64,000 nucleotides of DNA from Octopus sinensis (lineage: Eukaryota). The stretch lies in the NCBI RefSeq assembly GCF_006345805.1, contig NC_043010.1:62682001-62746000 (forward strand). Reading direction: 5' to 3'. Position 1 is the stretch's first letter, and every line of letters begins with the position of its first letter. Below, in pieces: positions 53,501 through 64,000 of the stretch. The notes under the pieces were generated by a model. The model was not told the DNA's origin, did no database searches, and saw only the letters and a list, made by a program, of their open reading frames with translations. The position numbers and the translations under genes were made by a program.

Positions 53501-54359
53501 TTTGTTTAGAATGGAGCAGGATAAAGTTATATGCATAAATATACAATTACTTTGATAGATAGACATTTGAAAATGGTTTTGTTTCATTGGTCCTTTCAGC
53601 TAATGGTTTTTTCAATAACCATATGCATTAAATAATAAATTGCAGTTTAAAATCATTTTATTATAAAAATTGAAGAAAACCTTTAATCAAAAATAGTTGA
53701 TGAGGAAGGAAAAAGGCCTGAATACCCAGGGTAAATAATTAGCTGTAAAAATAATAATTAATAAATTAAAAGATGATATGTCCCTTTAAAAAATTTTCAC
53801 ATTATGTTTGTGTGGATGTGTGATTAGGTGGGGGTACACTGTGCCAGCTGTGAAGGGTGAATAAGGTGACCTCAGATCTAAGGATTCTCAAAGGTCATCC
53901 TTTGACAAAAACTCAACCTGTTTTGATTACTCCTAAGGTATTTCTTTTTTTTTATTCCTGGTAGACTAATCTCTCTCTTTCTCCCAACCAGTTTCAACTA
54001 CTTTTTGCCTTCATCATGTTCTTTCTTTCCTTCTTTGCCACCTTTTTCTTCTTCTTTTTTCACACATGCTGTTGTATTTTTTGTATTTTATTATTTTTTA
54101 TATCATTTTATATCTTTTATTTTTTTATTTTCTATCATTTTTAACATTTGGTATACTTGTAAGAAAAAATCTTTTGCCATATGAGCAACCTTCTAACTCA
54201 CCCCTCCCCTCAAAATTGTTGGCCTTGTGCCAAAATTAAAAAGAATTATTATTATTATTCCTATTTGTATAATTATTAATTACTAAAGTGCTATCCATTT
54301 TATGATGACTAACTTTGCAAATGTACTTTGGTTACCATGGTTAATATCAGAAAATATGG

Positions 54360-54699
54360 CTGACATACAATCCTAATAATTGAACTTTGAAAATTACTAT
54401 TTGTAAATCTCTTAACAAGAGATATTCAGCAACAGCACGTGAGAGTAAAGATTATTTGCCAACATAACATGGCAGTCCTGGTTTAGGATGAATGTTGCCT
54501 TGTTCGAAAATATAAGGACACAGATTGTGTCACATATCCTGCTGGAGACGAAGTCTCCTGGGGCTAAATTACAGCAACATTCGTCCTAAATCAGGACTGC
54601 CATGTTATCTTGGCAAATAATCCTTACTCTAGAGTACTGTTGCTGAATGTCATTCGTTGAGAGATTTACAAATAGTAATTTTTTAATTTTATATATCAG
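54360..54699. mobile_element. Foldback MITE of unknown superfamily
   Basis: About 110-130 bp of imperfect inverted arms (aaaattactatttgtaaatctc...gaatgttgc / gcaacattcgtcc...gagatttacaaatagtaatttt). A further partial arm lies at about 54905-54985. Confidence 0.7.
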
Positions 54700-55787
54700 T
54701 GACTAGTTGTCACTTTGAAAACTATATATTTGGAACAGGAATTTGGCAATGTCACCTCTAGCTAAACAATTATTCTGAGCGGATGAAGGGAAATAACCTG
54801 GGCATCGCGATACACAGATATTGTTTTGAGCTGAGTGGGGGTGCTAAATGCCTTTGCTCGAAAATACAAGGACATAGATCGTGCTGTTTAGCCAGCTGGA
54901 GATTATGTCTTCTGGGGCTAAATTACAGCAACATTCGTCCTAAACCAGGACTGCCATGTTATGTTGGCAAACAATCTTTACTTTAATTTAACTTTTATCA
55001 ATAAATAAGTAAGTGAGCAGAAATCGAACCTGTGAGTGTGTTAAATAATGAGGCACTAAAAGAGAATGACCCTCACCAGACAAAATAAAATATTTTTAAT
55101 ATTTATACAAAATGATGAATACTAATTTCCCGAAGAAAAAACTGTTTCTTATCTTAAAATGTAACGAAATCAAATTTCTTATTTGTACATTGAGTTCAAA
55201 TGCTAACGAAGTTAACGTTGCCTTTCATCCCTTTGGATTTAGGAGAATAGGTACCAGTTGAGTACTGGGGTTGATATAAACGACTTGCACCCTTCCCTAA
55301 AATTTGCTGGCCTTGTGCCAGAATTCAGAAATCAATATTTGCAATTGTTTTTCTAAATTTTAACACCATAATCACAATCTACACCGTTAAAAACCTATCT
55401 GTGAAAAGTTTCATTATAAAATTGTGGGTTTTTTTTCCAGAAAGAATGTTAATCATCATCATCATCATCATCATCATCATTTAACATCTGTTTTCCATGA
55501 TGGTATAAGTTGAACAACTTGACAGGGACAGGTAAAACCAGGGGTCACACCAGCTAGGTGCCCTTCACAATGCCAGCCACTCCACAGAGTGTACTGGGTG
55601 CTTTTTATGTGGCACCTTGGTTTTAGGATCTCAATTCTGTTGTGAAGGGCAGGTCTTGAGTACAGCAATGTGCTGTGATGGGGCGTGTGTGTGTGTGTAT
55701 ATATATATATACACACAAATAAAAATAATTTGCAAACTGACAACTCATTTGGAAATGTAAATAAATAACATTTGAAAAAACTTTATA

Positions 55788-56155
55788 GGCATAGGAGCTG
55801 TTGTGTGGTAAGTAGCTTGCTTAAGAACCACATGGTTCCGGGTTGAACCTTGTGGCACCTTGGGCAAGTGTCTTCTACTATAGCCTCAACCAAACCAAAG
55901 CCTTGTGAGTGGATTTGGTAGACGGAAACTGAAAGAAGCCCATCGTATATGTGTGTGTGTGTCTTGTGTTTGTCTTGCCACCACTGCCTAACAGCTGCTG
56001 TTGGTGTGTTTGTGTCCCTGTAACTTAGCGGTTTGGCAAAAGAGACCACTAGAGTAAGTACCAGGCTTAAAATTGGAGTCAATTCATTCGGCTAAAAAAT
56101 GTAAGGCAGTGCCCTAGCATGGCCGCAGTCTGATGACTAAAATAAGTAAATAAGA
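55788..56155 (+). mobile_element. SINE family A (diverged)
   Basis: Head-to-tail similarity. An inverted 5' half lies at about 56440-56566. Confidence 0.8.
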
Positions 56156-56841
56156 AAAGAGATTTATGCTGTTCAGAAATAATAGCACATCTCTGCAAAA
56201 TCGCTCTATATCTCTTTTACTCTCTGCCTCTGTGTATACGATGTAAAGCAGGGGTGGGGAAACCCCCACCCACGGGCGCAATTGCACCCACAGGCCGGTA
56301 TACTTGTATGTACAAAATATAGTAAATTTTTCAATTGTAAAATTTATACAACACTTGAAAGCCTCTTTGTGATATCGGTCGCATTTCCACTACGAATTAA
56401 AACGGAGGGACTCGAACAGAAATCGTCCGGTAATTACCTCTCACAAGGCTTTGGTCAGCCCGGGGCTATAGTAGAAGACACTTGCCCAAGGTGTCACACA
56501 GTGGGACTGAAACCGGGACCCTGTGGTTGGTAAGCAAGCTACTTACCACACAGCCATTCCTGTGCTTGTGTATTTTTATATTTAAAATTTTTTTCAAGTC
56601 CCCTAATCTTGAGCCCTTTAATAGAATCTGATGCATTTCAAGAACTCCAGGATTTCAGTCAGAGGATAACTTCCTCTTCCCTCCCCCAGATCCGGAAGCC
56701 CTCAATTACGCTATAAGTGGCACCCTTCACCTCTAATTAAGCCATGAAAATAAAAAAAATACTAAGGGTCCACTTTCGTTTGAGGAGGTCCAGCATGATT
56801 ATGTTGTAGTAAGTGATGCAAACACTAACATACATGATAGT

Positions 56842-56842
56842 G

Positions 56843-56876
<34 letters not shown>

Positions 56877-57075
56877 CCACCACACCATCATCATCATCAT
56901 CACCACCACCATCATCATCATCACTTCACCACCACCACCATCATCATCATCATCACCACCACCATCATCATCATCATCATCACCACCACCATCATCATCA
57001 TCATCATCCACCACCATCATCATCATCATCACCACCACCATCATCATCATCACCACCACCACCATCATCATCATC

Positions 57076-57106
<31 letters not shown>

Positions 57107-57407
57107 CCACCACCATCATCATCATCATCATCACCACCACCATCATCATCATCATCACCACCACCACCATCATCATCATCACCACCACCACCATCATCAT
57201 CATCATCACCACCACCATCATCATCATCACCACCACCACACCATCATCATCATCATCATCATCACCACCACCATCATCATCATCATCACCACCACCATCA
57301 TCATCATCATCATCACCACCACCACCATCATCATCATCACCACCATCACCATCATCATCATCACCACCACCACCATCATCATCATCATCACCACCATCAT
57401 CATCATC

Positions 57408-57438
<31 letters not shown>

Positions 57439-57587
57439 CCACCACCATCATCATCATCATCATCACCACCACCATCATCATCATCATCATCACCACCACC
57501 ACCATCATCATCATCACCACCGCCACCATCATCATCATCACCACCACCACCATCATCATCATCATCACCACCACCATCATCATCATC

Positions 57588-57621
<34 letters not shown>

Positions 57622-57642
57622 CCACCACCATCATCATCATCA
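56842..57642. repeat. (CAT/CAC)n compound microsatellite continuous with a family C SINE tail
   Basis: The array runs directly into gtctgctttccatgctggcatgggttggac at about 57643. Confidence 0.95.
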
Positions 57643-57689
57643 TGTCTGCTTTCCATGCTGGCATGGGTTGGACAGGTTGTTGCACTCCA

Positions 57690-57910
57690 GAAACGTTAAA
57701 CACGCCAGGCGAAATGCTTAGCGGTATTTCCTCTGCTGTTATGTTCTGAGTTCAAATTCCACCGAGGTCGACTTTGCCTTTCATCCTTTCAGGGTCGATA
57801 AATTAAGTACCAGTTACGCACTGGGGTCGATGTAATCGACTTAATACCCATGTCTGTCTTTGTTTGTCCCCTCTGTGTTTAGCCCCTTGTGGATAATAAA
57901 GAAATAGGTT
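57690..57910 (+). mobile_element. SINE family B
   Basis: Body and tail match. Further copies lie at about 49790-49945 and 61415-61645. Confidence 0.85.
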
Positions 57911-58861
57911 GTTGCACTCCAAGTTCCCTCCTAATAGGAATGTCTGCCCTCACTGACACGTGTTTGTGCATTTCATTTTGCCCTGCTTTCTACAGCTTGG
58001 TGCCCTTCCTGATGCCAACCCCTTTACTTTATGTGCCAAGAGCATTATAAGCTTAATTTATCAAGTCTATATATGCACATTGTGTTCTTGAACAAGGCCC
58101 TTCATTTCACGCTGCTGCGAAAGGATTAACCTTGCGAGAGAATAGCCTTCCGATCAGGAGGGATGTTGGCCTGCTTGCCTAGTCAGTGGGGTGGCATCAT
58201 TTGAAGGCTAAAACTATGCAAAGCGTATTGTGACCAGTGATGTATAACATCCAATAATCTGGTTGATCACGTGATGTGCATGTTTAGACGAGGTAAACAT
58301 TAGTGAACAGGGATTAAGGAAACCAAATACAAACAAGGGAGACAACTCAACATTTGAAAGCGTGCCTCTAATTTGTTGTCACTCTGAAATCTCAAATAAA
58401 ATTGGAAGGAGAGGCAACGTAGTGAAGAGAAGAAAATAAACTGGTATTTCCTTGGGTCAATAATTCTCCATTCATGTCTGGCTTTGTCCTTGTTGAGTGG
58501 TCAGCCACAGTCCTGTGTTTGTTCACTCAACAATACATGCTGTGGTCACTCACTACAGTATCTATGGTTGTGGCTAGCAGTGGTGGAGGTAGGTCCATTG
58601 TGCTACGTCCATTGCATTGTGGGATAGTTATCTTTCTAATCTAGGGTCAGTTACATTATGGGATCCAGCTATCTCACTAGTTTGTCATCAGTTCTTGTTT
58701 AATTCCACAAAGAATTCTTTCTCCAAGTTGTTCTATTTTCGAATGGTACACTGTTGCTATTGTTTACAAAACATCTGTAAGTTATTAAGGCCTGTTTATT
58801 TTGTTAATGAAATGTATATGCTGTAGTTGTATGTGTGTGTGTGTGTGTGTGTGTATATATA

Positions 58862-59543
58862 GGCGTAGGAGTGGCTGTGTGGTAAGTAACTTCCTTACGA
58901 ACCACATGGTTCCGGGTTCAGTTTTACTGCGTGGCACCTTGGGCAAATGTTTTCTACTATAGCCTCAGGCCGACCAAAGCCTTGTGAGTAGATTTGGTAG
59001 ACGGAAACTGAAAGAAGCCCATCATATATATATATATATATCATATATATATATATATATTTTATGTATGTGTGTGTGTTTGTGTTTGTCCCCCTCAACA
59101 TCGCTTTATCACCGATGCTGGTGTGTTTACGTTCCCGTAACTTAGCGGTTCAGCAAAAGAGACTGATAGAATAAGTACTAAGCTTACAAAGAATAAGTCC
59201 TGGGGTCGATTTGCTCGACTAAAGGTGGGGCTCCAGCATGGCCACAGTCAAATGACAAACAAATAAAAGAGTAAAAAAAAAGAGTATATATATATTCGCT
59301 GGTGTAATACTGATAACAGACTTACATTAACAAAGGGATGTGGGTTCGAGTCACATGCGGGATTGAAAGCCTACATTTTTTATAAGCGCAGGAGTGGCTG
59401 TGTGGTAAGTAACTTCCTTACGAACCACATGGTTCCGGGTTCAGTTTTACTGCGTGGCACCTTGGGCAAATGTTTTCTACTATAGCCTCAGGCCGACCAA
59501 AGCCTTGTGAGTAGATTTGGTAGACGGAAACTGAAAGAAGCCC
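58862..59543 (+). mobile_element. SINE family A full copy (58862-59280) plus a duplicated 5' half (59386-59543)
   Basis: Both share private substitutions (taacttccttacgaacc, gttttactgcg, gcaaatgttttc). Confidence 0.85.
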
Positions 59544-60486
59544 GTTGTGTATATATATATATATATAATGTGTGTGTTTGTAAATGGAACCACAGCTCCA
59601 TTCACTTTGGTGAGGGGGAAAGAAGCATCTTCTTCTAAAAGTGTTTGTTTCCTCTTATTCCTTTCTGTTGAAGAGCATAGACTCGAAATGTAAACGACTT
59701 TCCCATTTTTCCTGAGCATCAAACTAATACACTTGCTTGCTCCTACACCTGTTTTCGTGTTTGTTTTTCTATAAATTTAAACTTAATAACAGATATACAC
59801 AGACATTTGCAATGGCCCCTTTACTGTATATATACATTAGTAACAACCCTCTACTATGTGTGTGTGTGTGTGGATTTGCTGGGCTAGAGAAGATGTGGTC
59901 AAGCTAATTAAAATAACAGTTTTCCATCCATACAGGTATGTCTTTGCGGGTGTTTGTGCCACATAAAACACACCTGCACAGGTGCTGAGTCAGTGTACCT
60001 GTGTTGGTGGCATGTAGTGCCACATAAAATACACCTGCACAGGTGCTGAGTCAGTGTACCTGTGTTGGTGGCATGTAAAAAGCACTCAGCACACTGTGTT
60101 AAGTGGTTGGCATTAGGAAGGGCATCTAGCCGTCGAAACCAAGTCAAAACCATCAAATGGAGTCTGGACAACTCCCTGGCTGGCCATCTCCTTGTCAAGC
60201 AGTCCAACCCATGCCAGCATGGAAAACGGACAGTAAACGACGATGATGATGATGATGATGATGAAATGATAATAATGATGGCAATGATTATGGTGATGAT
60301 AATGACGGTAGTGATGTGGGTGTTGGTGGTGATGATGATGATGGCATAGTTTGGTAATTCTCCCCCTCCTCACCAGTGTTGTATACACTCCTAATGACCC
60401 CATACTATAAACATAAGCAAGGACTGTACACAACAAACAAACTGTCAGTCAACTGTTTAGTAAAATTCCCAGTAATTACATATTAC

Positions 60487-60671
60487 CCCTGCTAATTCTC
60501 TCTCCTCCTCCCCTTCCTCCTCTTCCTCCTCCTCCTTTGGAAGTTGTATTTGTGGTGGATAAGGTGGTGTAGAGGAGTGTTGGGTGGGATGTATGGTATA
60601 GAGGTGGTGGAGGGTGGAGTTGGATGTTTGCTGAAAAGGGTTGGGGGTGTCCCCCTCCTATCCTACTGCTA
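60487..60671 (-). CDS. Candidate coding exon (SSRIGGGHPQPF...KGGGGRGGRGGGERISR)
   Basis: Minus strand: pyrimidine-rich acceptor ...ttgccacag| and donor |gtaata with one long open frame. Low complexity, no homology recognised. Confidence 0.2.
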
Positions 60672-62220
60672 CTGTGGCAATAGTCAGAGTAAGGGAAGTG
60701 AAAGAAAGGGGGCTGGGATGGGTAGCTGCATTGAAAGTAAGAGAACCAGACAGATAGGATGGGACTGAGGTGGTGGTGGTGGTGGTGGTGATGCAGGGGT
60801 GGGGGTGTTCCTGGTGGTGGTAGTGGTGATGATGCTGGGTGGTGGTGGTGGTGATGCAGGGGTGGGGATGTTCCTGGTGGTGGTAGTGGTGATGATGCTG
60901 GGTGGTGGTGGTGGTAGCTATGATAATGTCTCCTCTTAAAAAACTTGGTTTTGAGTTCAGTTCCAGTGCAGGGTCAACCAAGACCTTCTAGATGAGATCT
61001 GACAGCCTGTTGTCAAAGGTACAAGGCTACCTGCTACTTGTAGGTCACAGGTTCAAATTCCGGTGAGTGGTAGAAGATTGATGTTGTTGTTGATGGTGGT
61101 GATGATGATAGTGGTGGGGGTGGGGGTGGCAGGGATTAAAATCAAACAAAAATGTTTGTCTTTTTTTTTTATCTTTTGCTTTTCTCTGTCATTGGACTGC
61201 AGTCATGCTGGGACCCGTGGTGGCCTCCAAGGGTTTAGTCAAACAAGTCAACTTTGCATTTCATCCTTTGTTGTAGTTAAGCACTGAGGTCAATGTAACT
61301 GATTTACCCCTCCTCCTTTATTGCCGGCCTTGTGCCAAAACTTGAAATCAGTATTAGAAATTGGCTCTGTTGTCCACTCTTGCAGAATAGTAACCATGGA
61401 GAATAGTAACGAAAGGCGGCGAGCTGGCAGAATCGTTAGCACGCCAGGCGAAATGCGTAGCCGTTTTTCGTCTGCCACTACGTTCTGAGTTCAAATTCTG
61501 CTGCGGTTGACTTTGCCTTTCATCCTTTCGGGGTCGATTAAATAAGTACCAGTTACACACTGGGGTCAATATAATTGACTAAATCCGTTTGTCTTTTCTT
61601 GTTTGTCCCCTCTGTGTCTAGCCCCTTGTAGGTAATAAAGAAATATGAATAGTAACCATGGGGAGGTTTTTCTCTGTTATTTAGTTTTGTTTTCCAAGTT
61701 TTCTGTTTCATCTTCATTTGATCCTGTTTTACAACAGACACAGGTGTGACTGTGGGCTTAAGACACCTGTTTCACAACCACCTGGGTTTTAGGTCACGCC
61801 CATTGATTTCCACATAGGAGGGTTTGAAGGAAAGACTGTAAAAAAAAGAAAAAGACAAACACCACACCTGATTTTTGAATGTAATTTAAGTCCAGGTATG
61901 GATTTTACAATGAAGTTACAATGGGGCCAATTAAGGTTTTGGTTTCACCTGTGATTGGGCAAATGTGCCTGTTGATTGCAGGATATTGTTCAGTTTTTTT
62001 TCAGCTCAAATTCTTTAGATGCATCACAACACTCTTTAGGCCATATTGATCCATCCTAGACAATATATAAACCCAAGACGTTAGTGATTTCAACTTGTCC
62101 TTATGCCCTAATAGGGGTCATCTTTTATCACAGAATCCCTCTACTTGTTGGTCATACAAAACAATTTTCAGAGTGTGATCATCTTGATTTGAACAATATG
62201 TATTATAAATATGTATATAT

Positions 62221-62264
<44 letters not shown>

Positions 62265-62361
62265 AGCACATAGTTGAAATTTATAGAAAAACAAAAGACG
62301 AAGACAGGTGTATGAACAACAAGCAGGTGTATTAGTCTGACACTCCGGAAAATGAAAAGTT

Positions 62362-62397
62362 CTTTTACGTTTCGAGTCTATGCTCTTCAACAGAGAG
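62362..62397 (-). ncRNA. Core-variant hammerhead-like motif (CTGTTGA) within a dispersed Penelope-like short repeat
   Basis: Minus strand reads CTCT-CTGTTGA-A-GAGC-ATAG-ACTC-GAAAC-GTA-AAAG. The same layout occurs at 59661-59696 (+) and, more decayed, at about 1-30, 4840-4870 and 51805-51835. Confidence 0.3.
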
Positions 62398-62669
62398 GAA
62401 TAAGAGAAAATAAACAGGGAGAGAATGAAAAAAAAAAAAGCTGTAGATTTAGCAGTCAAGCATGGTGAAAGATTAGAAAAAAAAGTTATGTATATACAAT
62501 AAGTCTGATATCAGGAATGCCAGAGAGTCAATCCTGGTCCCTGACCATTCTTTCTGGGTGAAGAAAGAAAGTGATCCATTGTTCAATGTTTCAATAGAGA
62601 GCATTGATGGGGTTGGAATCACTGACCTCCTCAGGTTATACATCTGATATATATATATATATATATATA

Positions 62670-62975
62670 GCATCTTGGGCAAGTGTATTCTACTATAACC
62701 TCAGGCTGACCAAAGCCTTGTGAGTGGATTTGGTAGATGGAAACTGAAAGAAACCCATCATATATGTATATACATTTGTGTGCCTGTGTTTGTCCCCCCA
62801 ACATCGCTTGACAACCGATTCTGGTGTGTTCATGTCCCCGTAACCTAGCGGTTCGGCAAAAGAGTCTGATAGAACAAGTGCTAGGCTTACAAAGAATAAG
62901 TTCTGGGGTGTACTTGCTTGACTATAGGCAGTGCTCCAGCATGGCCGCAGTCAAATGCCTGAAACAAGTCAAAGA
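62670..62975 (+). mobile_element. SINE family A, headless
   Basis: Starts at gcatcttgggcaagtg and ends at gaaacaagtcaaagaa. Confidence 0.8.
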
Positions 62976-63059
62976 ATATAAGGATATAATGCAAAAACGC
63001 CCTCCAGACTGTGGAGAGTGAATAAAATAGAAATTAAATTAAAAAAATATATTGTTTCT

Positions 63060-63475
63060 TATTTCTTTATTTGCCCACAAGGGGCTAAACATAGATGGGA
63101 CAATCAAGGACAGACAAACGGATTAAGTCGCTTACATTGACCCCAGTGCGTAACTGATACTTAATTTATTGACCCTGAAAAGATGAAAACAAAGTCGACC
63201 TCGGCGGAATTTGAACTCAGAACATAACGGCAGACGAAATACCTATTTCTTAACTACCCACAAGGGGCTAAACACAGAGGGGACAAACAAGGACAGACAA
63301 AGGGATTAAGTCTATTATATCGACCCCAGTGTGTAACTGGTACTTAATTTATCGACCCCGAAAGGATGAAAGGCAAAGTCAACCTCGGCGGAATTTGAAC
63401 TCAGAACGTAGCGGCAGAAGAAATACGGCAAAGAATTCCGTCAGGCATGCTAATGTTTCTGCGAGCTCTCTGCCT
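63060..63475 (-). mobile_element. SINE family B dimer
   Basis: Same organisation as 44870-45283. Confidence 0.9.
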
Positions 63476-64000
63476 TAAAAAATATATTGTTTCTGTGTGG
63501 CCCAGTGGTTGCGGGTTCCTGCTATGAAGCATCATCCTAGCTGTGAGCAGAATTATAATTAAAGACGAAAAATATGTAGGGCTAAAAGTATTCCTCTGGT
63601 CCTTAAAGGGTCCATTGCGGTTCACTTGATATTCCAACAGATCCACAGGTCAGCCACACACTCTTTGCTCTTCAGCAGTGCTTTCTTCCTTTTCTTACAA
63701 ATCCTTCTTCACATTATACAACCACATCTCACTTCTTACATGCACATATATACACTCACCTGCTTATACACACACATACCCTCACATAATATACACACTT
63801 ACACATCTCATACAGTTTGTGCCAAGAATCCCCTCATTCTCTGTTGTTCTTTACCACTTCCATTCTCCCCCTCAATACCACCACCACCACCACCACCTAC
63901 CTACTCTCTCCTTTTCTCTTATCTGTCTGTCTCTGCTCACTCCCCCTCTTTCTTTCTCTATACTCTCTCTTTCTCTCTATAGTCTCTCTCTCTCTCGTTC

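Larger units (their letters stand above)
52150..54170. repeat. Long inverted repeat pair (arms about 52150-52497 and 53817-54170)
   Basis: The core at 52312-52490 is the imperfect reverse complement of 53819-54002 (e.g. cagatctgaggtcaccttattc / gaataaggtgacctcagatc). Confidence 0.85.

Noticed and set aside
56248-56800. CAGGGGTGGGGAA hAT-like TIR start
   Set aside because: No matching opposite TIR or TSD was found.
56813-57721. 302-aa poly-His ORF and antisense Asp/Gly ORFs
   Set aside because: Pure (CAT/CAC)n array running into SINE sequence.
59930-60900. Short tandem duplications (about 60 bp at 59955-60075 and about 54 bp at 60770-60900)
   Set aside because: Ordinary local slippage duplications within SINE or low-complexity sequence.

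Overview
Eukaryotic, repeat-saturated intronic or intergenic DNA. The SINE families and microsatellite content point to an octopus-type (coleoid cephalopod) genome; this is an inference from recalled repeat sequences, not from a search. No complete protein-coding gene can be supported, and almost all ORF-track entries are microsatellite or SINE read-through. Supported features: (i) dozens of tRNA-derived SINE copies in about four families, called A-D here; (ii) decayed transposase and LINE remnants: a near full-length mariner at about 22350-23700, a second mariner fragment, a hAT transposase at about 13941-16730, an R4/Dong-like REL LINE end and an RTE LINE end; (iii) non-autonomous DNA elements diagnosed from their ends: Merlin-like GG-TIR/8-bp-TSD MITEs, TTAA/CCC piggyBac-type MITEs, TC...hairpin-CTRR Helitron-like elements and foldbacks; (iv) one tRNA-Pro(AGG) gene or pseudogene; (v) large (TAA)n, (CAT/CAC)n, (CATA)n and (ACC/ACT)n arrays; (vi) a few low-confidence candidate exons. 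The most striking signal is a set of minimal type I hammerhead ribozyme motifs with palindromic helix III, the dimer-acting type known from Penelope-like elements. The motif at 27866-27943 is fully intact. Several core-variant families are also present, along with a tripartite tRNA-head/(TAA)n/hammerhead-tail element in two copies and perfect palindromes whose symmetry axis falls at the hammerhead motif. Coordinates of decayed repeats are approximate.
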